Positions 1 through 11,363 of a stretch of 64,000 nucleotides of DNA are shown here, one piece after another (the first letter of the stretch is position 1; each line of letters opens with the position of its first letter). Location of the stretch: the NCBI GenBank assembly GCA_003427395.1, contig BFEA01000028.1, positions 3,291,188-3,355,187 on the forward strand, given 5' to 3'. The position numbers and the translations under genes are program-made. The stretch comes from Chara braunii (taxonomy: Eukaryota; Plantae; Charophyceae). Under the pieces are notes generated by a model, which had not been told where the DNA came from, did not search any database, and was given only the letters and a program-made list of their open reading frames with translations.

Positions 1-400
1 AAAGAACTCACCCCCCTCTCACATAGTCCTCCTGACCCAATTAGCATCCTCTACACTAGTGTCCTATCATCTAGGAGGGTCAACATCTACCCCAAAGTAC
101 ACAGCCGGATCCCCCGTCGATGTTGAAGATCAAAGCAGCAACTTGCAGTCCGTAGGTGCAGATATGGCTGCCACCCTCAAGCTCGCCTACTTTAGGGGAG
201 CCCTAAAGTCACTCCTCGTCTTCCCTGAAGTCCAGATTCAAGTTGTAGGTGCCCTTCACTGTCGCCTCTCTCAAATTGCATCACGAAGTCCCACCTTGTG
301 TCTCGCCACCACAAACATGCACTCAAACAACCTGGTCGGCTCTAGTGTCGACCCTACACGGCCCTGCCAGGTGGGAGCAGCTTCCCTTTACCATGCTGCC
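1..400 (-). pseudogene. Possible decayed N-terminus of a LINE ORF1, running off the window edge
   Basis: The minus strand reads PAVYFGVDVDPPR..DTSVEDANWVRRTM with stops. This loosely resembles HAVLFNF..DKRTWVRDTL in ORF1 at 13648-14187. Confidence 0.3.
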
Positions 401-514
401 CCACTTAACCCTAACTTCCAGCCCTAACCCTAAGTGGTAGCCCTTACCACTAGGGTTAGGGTTATGGCAGCCAAGTCAACTCTCGCCAACAAGTAGAATC
501 CGCTCCGATGCCAA

Positions 515-1923
515 TGTTACGATCCTGGCCAATTTTGAAGTCCGCAATCATCAGAAAGTACAATGTTGTCCAATTGCGAAAAGAAATGAATGAACTTGAG
601 CCCAATGCCGTCCAATTGCAAAAGAAATGAAAGAACTGGAGAGGAGAGAGAGGGAAAGAAGAAGAAGAAGAATCAGGAAAGAAGAAAGAGATGGTGTACT
701 CCAACATAGACCAAAGACAAAGCTCTTCTTCTTCGCTCAACAACCTCCTCTTTATCTCCTCCTCTCTTATTCAAACAATAAATAAACAATAATAATGTTG
801 AACAGCTGAACCAGAATCAATGTCTGAATCCCACTTCTACTGCAGGCACAAGATGAGGTCCACCATAGCCATGACAGCCCTTCTTCTTCCTCCACATACA
901 GGCCGAGGCTATGGCGGACTACTGAGGTTTCAACCTTCGGTACAAAGGACAACCCCAAGCAGCTACACCGCTGCCCTTCTTCAAGGTCATCACCCAGCAG
1001 CTATGCCGCTGCCCACTCAACCGCCATGCCTGACTCTGTCCGAGCTTCCTTGATGCGGCACTACCCCCACTGGGGACTTCCTGATGCAGCGCCTAGCAAG
1101 GAGATGAAGATGGTGTCTACCATAGCCAGGTAAGTACCCTACCACTCTCCTCCTTGGTCCCCTTCTCCTCTTCCTCCTACCGGCTGAGCTCCACCATAGC
1201 CAAGGTGGAAGCTCCCGACTTCTTCCTCCCAGCAGCGCTGTAGAGCCCAGCGCTCCTCCACCTAGCGCTCCAGCAGCGTGACGCCCAACTCGCACACTGA
1301 AGAATGAGGCCGGGCTCCTTGCCCTGCCTCTTGATATAGCGGCCTACTTGCCTCCTGGGCGGTGATTCCAAATCTCGGCCTCTCCAAGCAACCGGTACCT
1401 CCTCCGTTTTGGAGGGAAACATCATTGCAGACCCTGATATTACCCGTACAGGCTCTAGACTTAGACTGGTTGGACTGGTACCGGCCTAGACCTACCCTAC
1501 CGCTACTGGACTCTAAAAATGCCAACTTTGTCTTTTTCTGCTCGGCCTCCAGTACCCCCTCACGCCAACTGCAGTGGGGTGCAGTATTGGCCTACCGGCC
1601 TACTTGAGTGTTTTTCCGCTACCCCAAGGGCCTCGGGGCCGCTAGCTTCGCCACTTGAGTGTTTTTCCCTGCTACAACCCTCAATGCCACGGCCACAGGT
1701 AAGTACCTGCGCTACGGACCTACCAAACAAGCAAGTACCCTTGCGGGTCCCACACACACTCATACCAACAAGCACTCAGACAGGCATGCAGGTCACAAGC
1801 ACGCACACACAGACAGACTTAGAAACATAGCAGAATGCGGGAATCTCAGCAAGGCATCCATTCCATCGGCAGAACTTCAGAAATCAGCAGTGTTCTCAGT
1901 CTGTGTTTTGATGGGTCATTACA
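515..1923 (-). mobile_element. Solo LTR, Ty3/gypsy family 1
   Basis: Termini TGTTACGATCC...GTCATTACA; colinear with the LTR at 29567-30843, which abuts a PPT and pol. Flanks GCCAA/AAAGA do not form a TSD. Confidence 0.85.
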
Positions 1924-2212
1924 AAAGAGAAAGAGCAACCAGATGCATTTCTCCGCTCTGCTGAAGTTTTGTTCGAGCTTTGTAAGCCATGTCTGTGCCA
2001 CTCCATACCCACTTTTCTCTTATCTCTCTCCATACTTCTAAGGACTAAAGCGGTCCTCAGCTGACGTTGCCAGTGGAGTGAAGGTGCACGGAAAGACCGA
2101 TGTTGGAATCCAGATCAGAGAAAAAGAAAACATAGCAGGGAGGCGCNAGGTGCACGGAAAGACCGATGTTGGAATCCAGATCAGAGAAAAAGAAAACATA
2201 GCAGGGAGGCGC

Positions 2213-4367
2213 AACTCCCAGCCCCTTCTACTTTGGGGGGCATCAGTCCGGTTGCTTCTCACCGGCAAGCAAAGTTTTTTGAAACAAGCAGCGGGGGTGG
2301 GGTGCGATTAGACAGAAAAGATAGTCAGCCTACCCTTGTGGCTCGAGCTGCCTATCCAACGGGGGGTTGCTCCAGGACCACCCGCTCCCACCCTTTGGCC
2401 TGTCCTTACGGATTGTCCTGCAAGTTGGGAAGCTTACTAGCAGCACCCAGGCACACCGCGGGACAATCCCTAAGGGATCAAGGCATGGGGGGGGAGTCCT
2501 AGCAGCCCCTTGGGCTGCCTGTTACTTACTCACACCTGCCAACCATATCTGCCTAAGCCCAGCATTTCCTCTGCCTCCTATCCCCATGTCATCTGCTTCT
2601 GACCTTGGTACCCTACCTCTCCTACCATCAGGTTTTTCTTGGCTTCAAACCTGCCTTGCCTATCCCTAAGCCTTAATCCTATCTACCTATGCTTGATCCT
2701 TTGTGGTATTAGCACCGAAAGTGGCCGAAGAAGACCAAAAACGGTCCACACTACCTTGGGTCCTGCACTATACATGTCTGCGTGATTGCTATGTTCTAAG
2801 TTCTAACCCCAGCATTTTCTTGACCCCTCTTACCCTCTTACCCCCTCTATAAGTGAACACTCCCCCTCTTGCCCCATACTATAATACAATTATTTCCCTC
2901 CCATTATCGGGAGCTCCAATACACCCCACCCATCCCTCCTAACTATGGTGCACATCGGTTGAGGTCAGTCCTCATCATCTTGGGGACTAGGTACATGGCG
3001 CATGAAGACGTGGCCAAACCGCATCTGGCCCGTCTGGGGGTAGCGGTTGAGCAGTTGCGGGTATGGGCTCCATCTTTCCCAGAACACTTTTCCCTTGCTC
3101 CTTCGTGAGGCGGCTCCTCCTGAGGTCGGCCATAGGGCCAGTCCTGATATTTTCCAGCGCCCTTTCTTGATACACCTGGAGCGGTGGGCCTGTTCCCTGC
3201 CTGCATCGTTCATTTCGCAGGGTCCATAGGGCCCATAGTGTCGCTGCTCGTATTGTTCTGCAGCCAGCATGTCTTCATTTCCGGACCTATCCACCTTCAT
3301 CAGGGCCCCCAAGAGGATGGCAGCGCCGTCCATCTCTGTGGCCTCCAGCGGTGATCCGTCTGCCACGTTGTGTGCCCACCATTCCCAGAATGCCCTGACT
3401 GCCGGGGACCGCATGAACAGATGGGGGATAGACTCCACTTGTCCGCACCCCGCAGCACATTCCTGGTCCTTGTGTTGGCTCCTAAATGCCAGTCATTGTG
3501 CTGTTGGGATCGCCAGGTGATAAATTTGCCATAGCAGCCAGTCTGTTTCTGATCTGGCAGGGCTGCCAAGCTGGCACATGCTCGTTCCACCTCTTCTTCG
3601 GCCACCTGTTGAGGTATACGTCCGGAAGCCAGCTCCTCTTGGCCCAGCGGTCCCTAAGTTCTCCGCTAATGTCCACCTGCTCCAACAGGGAGTTGTAGAT
3701 ATTCTTTGTGGTCAGATCCTGGAGCGGGACTGCTCTCGTCTGCATCCTTTGGGCTGGCCACTCCCACTCCCTTGGATCCCATGTGAGATCCCGTCTCCTT
3801 GTTGCCAGACGGCATGGCAGGTAGCACCCTTCCCCTTCCCTCCGTCCTTCGCACACCACCACGGTTTCAAACAGTTTCCTGTCCACCACCTTGGGGAACC
3901 CCCCTTCCTGCCTACCAAGCTCCTGCAGCGGAGCCCCCAGTCCTTCATAACCCAAGTTCGCCACCCAGCCGGTGAATTCCAGTCTCCCTTCCGCCTCCAC
4001 CCGTTCTATTCTGTATACCATCTCCGGCCTCCGCAGTCCCCTCACTTTCAACCACTCTCCCGTTGTTACTTCATACTTCCTGAGAATCTCCACCTACTGG
4101 GGAGGGATGGCTTTTCTCAGATCTTGCAGTATTTGCCTCCGTCTCATCGGCCCCTACAGAACTTCCACCATGTTGTTATCAGAGCCTTTTGCCGTTCGTC
4201 CCATAGATGACCTACCTTATAGATTCCTTGCTCAGCCCACTTCCATCCAAATGCCCCTCGTGGGCCCAGCCAGGGGTAAGGATCACCACCTGCCTCGTCG
4301 CAGATGAATTCTCATACAGCAGCGGATTGTAGACAGCATCGGTGGTTGCCGGTAGGCGGCAGCTTAA
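2213..4367 (-). mobile_element. 5'-truncated, decayed L1-like LINE (ORF2 C-terminus with zf-RVT-like region, 3' UTR)
   Basis: TTKNIYNSLL...W, C..C...ESIPHLF...AVRAFW (ORFs 3482-4093 and 2965-3438); conserved tail motif at ~2220-2270. Confidence 0.8.
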
Positions 4368-4800
4368 TCTTTTTTTTTTTTTTTTTTTTTTAACAGAACC
4401 TCTTGGTTCTGGCTCCTACAATTCTGGGGAGCGACAGTCCGGTTCCTATTCCACCGGTAAGTCAATACGGAATACATGGGAGACTCATGCACACTCCTCC
4501 CCATTATGGCTGGGAGGCCCGAGTGGACGGCAATGATTACTTCCCTGAGGAAGGATGTACCACCCCTCGCCCCTGCCTAATTAGCCTGTGCTATTTAATC
4601 TTCCTGGCTGTTACCAAACTGTCTGACCCCGGTCCCACTCCTCTCAACTGTGATGCTGTCTGGTTGGTGTGTTATACTAGAGTGGACTGGAACACCTATG
4701 GGTCTCCTGAAATCTCTGACACCCTAAGCCCTGTTTGTCTTGTCTCTGTCTAAACCTTAAACCTTAAACCCTAAACCCTCAGCTGTTATGCTGTTGTGAT
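4368..4800 (-). mobile_element. LINE 3' UTR fragment with poly(A)
   Basis: Poly-T at 4368-4391 followed by the conserved tail shared with 4844-5025 and 5880-6070. Confidence 0.75.
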
Positions 4801-4823
4801 TTACCTGTTCCTAGTTCCCTTCC

Positions 4824-5867
4824 TTTTTTTTTTTTTTTTTTTTTCCTGGCTCCTTTTCCATTCTGGGGAGCGTCAGTCCGGTTCCTATTCCCCCGGCAAG
4901 TCATAAATTTACAGAACATACTCCCTCTCGCTCCTTCCCCTTCTGACTTGGAGGCCCGGAAGTCGGCATTGATTACTTCCATTAAGAAAGATGTACCGAA
5001 CTTCATCACTGCCTAAGTTAGCCTGTTCGAAGCTGTTGTTGTCCTCGGTATTTCTTTCTGTGTACTTTTGCTGGGCTAGTGTTGTCACCACCAACTGTGC
5101 CTCTCAGTCAAAAAGACCGCCTGATTGGCAATACTTGCTGGAACTGTTGGAGTGGTGCGTTGACCCTCTCGTGTCAGTCTCGCTTGACTGTCCCTCGGGG
5201 TGCTATGGTCTTTTTTTTTTTTTTCCCTTCCGAAGTGGAGGGCTGTCTCCCCTCTCACCCCAGCCTAGGTTAACCTGTTGCTGCTAGTTACACACCTGTT
5301 TGGTCACTGAAAACCGGTTCCAGCGTGCCTTCCTAATATAGCACATAAGAAGGGTGACCGCATTAATTGTCGGATAGTAACTTGCTGGCAACCGGGTCCA
5401 GAGACCCATTCTTCTGTAGATTCCTGACCTTTCCTCTGATCGTGATAGCATACGAGTAGAACCCTGTATGAACCTGGTTCGCCTCTTCGTCTGACTCTTC
5501 TTGACTGGTCGGTTAGATTTGTTCATTGGGACTGTCATATGGTCCGTGGTTGTGTTGTGCCTCAGATTGTGGTCTGGGTGTGAGTGGAGGGTTCCCTGGG
5601 ACCTGGCTACTGTGGATTGGCAGAGTGAACCAGTCTTTCAAGACTAGTCTGTTTCCTTCTATCGTGCCTAACTTTCCCCCTCCTAGTTTTCCCACCGTAA
5701 ATCTTTTAATAATCTCGAGCTTTTTGTCTCGGGCGTTTTGTATTTGGTTCTGAGTTTTTTTTTCCAGAGGGTGTGGAGTTCAGTTTCTATTAGTTGTTTG
5801 ATAGTTATGAGGGGGTTTTCGTGATTAGTAGGGTGATCATCGAAAGTCAGGCCACACCTCCTTTTCC
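4824..5867 (-). mobile_element. 3' part of the older LINE (end of ORF2, 3' UTR, poly(A)); continues at 16718
   Basis: Removing 5868-16733 rejoins ORF2 as WAIWKRRCG|LTFDDHPTNHENPLITIKQLIETELHTLWKK. Poly-T at 4824-4844 and tail motif present. Confidence 0.85.
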
Positions 5868-6773
5868 TTCTTTTTTTTTATGGTTCTGGCCCCTTTTCCA
5901 TTCTGGGGGGCATCAGTCCGGTTCCTACTCTACCGGCAAGTCGGCTGAAATACATGAAAGACTCACACACACTCTTCCCCTTTACCGTAGGAAAGTCCGA
6001 GGGCCGGCATTGATTACTTCTCAACAGAAGGATGTACCAGCCCCCACCCCTGCCTGAGTTATCCTATTTACTTTAGTTGGGTGGCTAGCACCTATTAAAT
6101 TGCTTGGAAAGGACACCTCCTCGCCTGTTCCTCTCAGTCCCTTTGACTGTCTGATTCACGTTAGGTACTGGAAGTGCTGACCTCTCCTTCCCTTTTAGGA
6201 CTACCTATCCCTAGATTTTCCTCTTCTAGTTTCTGCTGTCTATGAATGTTTATAGCGCATAAACTATCTAGTTTAAAAAAGTCTTTAACCAGTTCTACCA
6301 GGTGCTAAAACCCTGAACCCTATCCTATTTAGCTAGTTTGTCTGCTACGTGGTAGCTTCCAACCTTGCGGATTGTGACCCTTATCCTAGATTTTCTCTCT
6401 TAACTAGCTGTTACTGCCTTTCTGGTAAATGCGTGTAGGGTGAAAGTAGTAATAGAATGATGGGTTGGGTAGGGCATGCGTCTGTAGGTTTAAGTTGGGG
6501 GGTTCGGGTTTCCATAGTGTTTAGGAGGGGGTTGCCGTGTCTGGCGGGGGAGGTTCAGGACCAGTGTGGTGTATTGTAGGGTGAAGGGCTGGAAGTGAGA
6601 CAGTGGGATTGTACAAGATGATGCAGTGGTGTGTTTGCTTTTGTCGGAAGTGATGTCTGCGGAGGTTGGAGATTTGACATAACGTCTGTTGACCAGGTCC
6701 GTATTTAGTTGTTGTTGTTGTTGGAGATATTGGGGTATTCACATATGCCTTAATTGTGGTAGGCTGAGGTGGG

Positions 6774-9700
6774 TTAGAAGGAGCTAATTTGGATGCTGAT
6801 TGAGTCTGGTGTGCTGTTCGTTGGTTCTGGATCTGGGTTGTTAGTCTGTGCTAGAACATTCCACATTTTAAAGATTAGGCTTTTCCCCTTGATGATTGCT
6901 ATCTTGCCCTTGTCCAGATAGATCTCCTCGAATTTGGTTTGAAATTCCTTGGCTTTGGGCTCGTTGGCTTTCATCTTTCTTTTGACTTTGTGCCATAGCA
7001 CCCAGTATTCCGTTTCTACTTGCTGTTTGAGGATACCCCATGCTTCTTTCACATGCATTGGTTGTTTGTCTATCGTTTCTTGACAACGTTTCCTCCAAAT
7101 TGACCATATTGTTGCCTTGCATAGGATTTGGAATAGGTTGTTATGGAAGGGGGGTCAGTCTTCGGGGATTGTGAATCCTAATAGAAGAAGGGTAGAGTTT
7201 GATATGAGTTTTGTGTCGGTAATTGAGGCCCAAATCTGTGTGATCCTGCCCCATATTGGTTGTATCTTGGGGCATAGTAGGAAGCAGTGAAATAAGTCTT
7301 CTATCTGTCCTTCTGTGCAGTTGGCACATAGTTCATTTAAGGGGTGTCTGTCTTCTTTCTTTCTTCTAATGTTTAGCCATAGGTTGAGTGGGATGGCTAA
7401 GTACAGAATTAGCCATTGTAAACTTTTGAATTTGGGGGGGTGTAAGGTAGCTATTTGGTAAAAAAAAAAACAAGAAAAAAAAATAAAAATAAAAAAAGGT
7501 AGCTATTTGGTTCCAAGGTATTTCTTTTAACATTTCCTTGTCTATTCCTAGGTGTCTATTCCAGCGATCTGCTATGATTGTTTCTGGGGCTGCTGATCTG
7601 CACCTTAGTTTATAGCCTAGACTGGTGGTGTAATTGATCAGGTTGATTCTTCGGTCTATACTTATTGTGGATTGTTTTAATTTCCATGCCCATTCTGCGG
7701 GGTCGAATTCTAGGTCTTCTAAGGTAGTTTGGGGGTGGAATAAGGTGAGGTCTTCGTTTTCTATTACTCTGACTTTTCTGAGATTAATTTCTTTGACTGC
7801 GATTTGTGCTACTGGTTCTTTGTTTAGTTTGCCGTAATCTGCGCCTGGTTCCTCTAGCTTGTGCATGGAGAAAATTAGCCAGTTGTTTCTACCATTTTCC
7901 TTTCCTATAAAGGCGAGTGCATGGAGAAAATGAGCCAGTTGTTTCTACCATTTTCCTTTCCTATAAAGGCGAGTGCATGTTCAATCGGTTTTATGAATGC
8001 CACGACTGCCCAGTCTCCTTTTGACCACTGTTTGTCCCCTTGAAGAATTGTTTGCCACTCCATCGGGATGGCCTTTATTATCTGCTGGAGGTTTTGGGCT
8101 AGGTTGTGGCTTCCCTTGAGCATTTCTCTAAGTTGTCTGACAGAAAGCCAGTTTTTTTCTGAGTCATCCCAGATGTGTATGATTTGCCAAATGCCCTTCT
8201 CTAACCAAGTGCCCCATCTTGTGTCCTTTGAGGTGAGGGTGAAGGGTGTGTTTTCGTTGCTGGTTATCCAGGGGTTACAGAAGAGGGGTTGTCTAAGGAT
8301 TTATTCTTTGATTGTTGGTTTCCTTACTTTCACTGGAAGATTTCTCTCCATGCCTTCAATAGCTCTTTCCAAAAATTCAGTCTTGGTTCGTTTTGGGACT
8401 TGTTTTGTCATAGTCCAAGATTTATTGATTATCCATAACGTACCCTCCATGTTTTCTGGTGTCTTGTATGCTGGGATCTATTGTAACCCTTCCAGTGCCA
8501 GGGCTCTCCAAGGTAGGTTAGGACTCGTTAATAGCTTTATAATCCACTTGGTTTGGAGAGCTTTTATTTGGTTAGCTGGGTCTAGCACGCCTAAGCCTCC
8601 TTGGCTCTTCTTTCTTGTTACGTATTGCCAAGCTACCTTTGTGATAAAGCTTTGTTTTGATGCGTCTCCTGTCCAGAGATAAGCTGTTGCTTTCTTATGT
8701 AAGTCCTTTAAGGCTCTTTGGTCTGGTGTCCAGAAAGCTGCTACGTACCACATCATCGAGTAAATTGATGCATTTAATACTAATGCCCTTCCATGTAGTG
8801 AGGTGTGTATTCTCCCCCAATCGTTAAGTTTGCTGGTCATTTTGGCTAGCAGACTGGGAGCCATTTCTGCTGCTGCCCCCTGAATAGTCATCTGTATTCC
8901 TAGTACTCTAAGTGGGTCGTTGGGGTTTTCCCATATCATATCTTCTGGTGTATCTCTGGGTGGATCAATGCCCTCCTCCGTTAACCACCAGCCTACCGTC
9001 TTTTTCCAGTTGATGCGCATTTCGGAGGCTAATTGGAAGGCACACATTGCTCTGGTTAGTGCTTCGAAGGATGAGGGGGATGCTCTTATAAGCACTGTTA
9101 GGTCGTCGGCAAACAAAATTGTAGGCGGTATGTGATATTTGTGAGAGTTTGGTTCGGGTTGTTCGGTGAGTCTGTGGATGGAGGGGTCTTTTCTTAAGAC
9201 GGAGGCTATGGCTTCCATGATGAAGAGAAAGATTGGAGCAACCAGCGGGTCTCCTTGTCTTACTGATCGGGACATTTCATATTTTATGGAAATGTGTCCG
9301 TTGACCTATACTGCTCCCATCGCGTCGTTGTATAAGACTCTCACCCATTTTCTGAAGTTTGGTCCTACTCCCATTGTTTCCATGCACTTTTGAAGGAAGT
9401 CCCAATTGACTTGATCATAGGCTTTTTCAAAGTCAAAAAAGAGGATTGCTGCATTCAAATGTTTGTCCTGGATAAATCTGACCGATTCTGCTAGCGACAT
9501 CACATTGTCTAGGATGAAACGTCCTGTGATGAATCCTGTTTGATCTATGTGAAAACAATTTTTGGTGATCTTTCTGATCCTGTTGGCTAGTAGTTTTGCC
9601 AAAATCTTGTAAGCTACTGTTAGTAGAGTGATAGGTCTGTAGTTCCTGATGTCTGTTGGGTCGCCCTTCTTGTAGAGTAATGTGACTATACCGGTGCTGA

Positions 9701-11319
9701 GTTCTGGTCCTAGGCTTTCCTTGTTCCATGTGGTTCTTACGAAGTGGCAATATTCGTCTCCTACGAGTGGCCAGTAGACTTGCCACAATTCTTTTGAGAG
9801 CCCATCTATACCTGGTGTTTTATCTGACTTCATGGAATCTAGTGCTTTTTTAATTTCTTCGTTTGTGATTGGTTGGTCTAGTTCTTCTGCCATGTTGTGC
9901 GTAATGGTTTTGTCTAAGTACTTGTTGAACTTTTCTCTGGCTTGCAGGATTACCCTAGGGGTGGGCGATTCTGTCTTGGATGCATAGAGTTCTTTGTAGA
10001 AGGATTCAACTATGGAGAGCATTTTCAGTGGGTTGGACGTTGGGCCTTCCTCCCCTCTGAGCTGACTAATGGCCGAGTTTCTTCCTCTTGCCTTGAATTT
10101 TTGAAAGAAGAATTTTGTCATTTTCTCACCTTTTTCCCATTCCATTAATCTGGCTCTGAGTCGCATGCCATTTGCTTTCCAAGCATTCCAGCTGGCTAGT
10201 TCTGCTCTGGCCCTAGTTAGTAGGTCTTCATAGTCTGTGGATCCAGGGTTGTTCCATAGATTAGATTCCGCGATACCGACTGCTGCTAAATTCCATGATG
10301 ATGTCGATGCTGCGTTAGATAGGTTGGAAGTTAGGGTTGGGAAGTCTGTTCCTACTCGTTCGGAATCAATGCAGGCTTGTGCTATGGCTTGTTTCATTTC
10401 ACGGGTTCCAAGAATGGAGTTGTTGATCTTGAAAAAGCCTGGCCCTTTTTGTACACCCGGATCGAATATTAAGTCTATGAAGATTGGGCTGTGATCTAAT
10501 CCGTAATTATAGGGTAGTTTTCTTATGCCTGCTTTTAAGATGGCGCCTCTCAGGGATTCAGATATCAAGAAGAAGTTTGTGGCTGAGTTGGTGACGTGTT
10601 GGGTTCTATTTCTTTTCCTATAAGTAAATTTGTTGGCCTCTGGGTGGAGTGTTCTAAGGGGTTCAAGTAGGTTTCTTTCTACCTGTGCATTGTCTGGGCT
10701 TCTGTTTGGAATTGGTTTTCCCTTCCTATTTGAGAGCATGGCAGTCTGTCACTGGATGGGTCCAGGGTTGTGTTCCAATCTCCGTCCAGTATTATATGAT
10801 TTTGGTCACTGCATAATGTTGTTATGCTCTGGATAAAGTGTTGTCTTTGGGCTGCATCGTTGGGAGCATAGGCTTTATTAATTGAAAGGATTCTTCCTTA
10901 AATGTGAAAGTTGTTTCTATCCATCTACCGTGTTCTATGTCTGTTTTGTTGGGTCCTAGTTGTATCAATTTAGTTGCTCTTGAGTTGTTGTGCCATGGTA
11001 TGGCTGTACCCGCGGAGCCAGCTCTTGTGGACGGGGCCCAAGTTGCCTCTCGTACGTATTTTAATCTTAGAATTATCTTCCTGATTATTTCTTTGTGTTC
11101 TAGGGAGTCAGTGAGATGGGTTTCTTGTAGACATACCACGTCTGGGGGGTTCTTAGAGTACCATCTTAGATAGTTGGTCATGTTATCCCATTTGTCTAGG
11201 TTGGCCAGTATTGTAGCTAACCCGTTGACATTCCATGACATCACTGATAGCTCAGGCTCTTTTGGCTTCAGCGTGTAGAGTTTGGGCCTGTTTCCTGTCT
11301 GGGGAAGTTGCGTTGCCAT
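6774..11319 (-). pseudogene. LINE ORF2: APE endonuclease, reverse transcriptase and zf-RVT (disrupted)
   Basis: SWNVNGL and VVCLQETH (APE); LDHSPI; KTPGIDG, NYRPITLL, DFEKAYD, RQGDPL and FADD (RT). Split over ORFs 10822-11319, 9306-10739, 8478-9275, 7905-8123, 7366-7866 and 6774-7058. Confidence 0.93.
7460..7495 (+). mobile_element. Pure poly(A) retro-insertion inside ORF2
   Basis: A-rich tract flanked by the 16-bp direct repeat AAGGTAGCTATTTGGT (7444-7459 and 7496-7511). Confidence 0.85.
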
Positions 11320-11363
11320 GGACTGTCCGGGATGGGCGTGCTATTCTTTCATGTTGGATAAAT

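Noticed and set aside
2082-2212. Exact 65-bp tandem duplication
   Set aside because: The copies are identical and separated by a single N, typical of a contig-overlap artefact.
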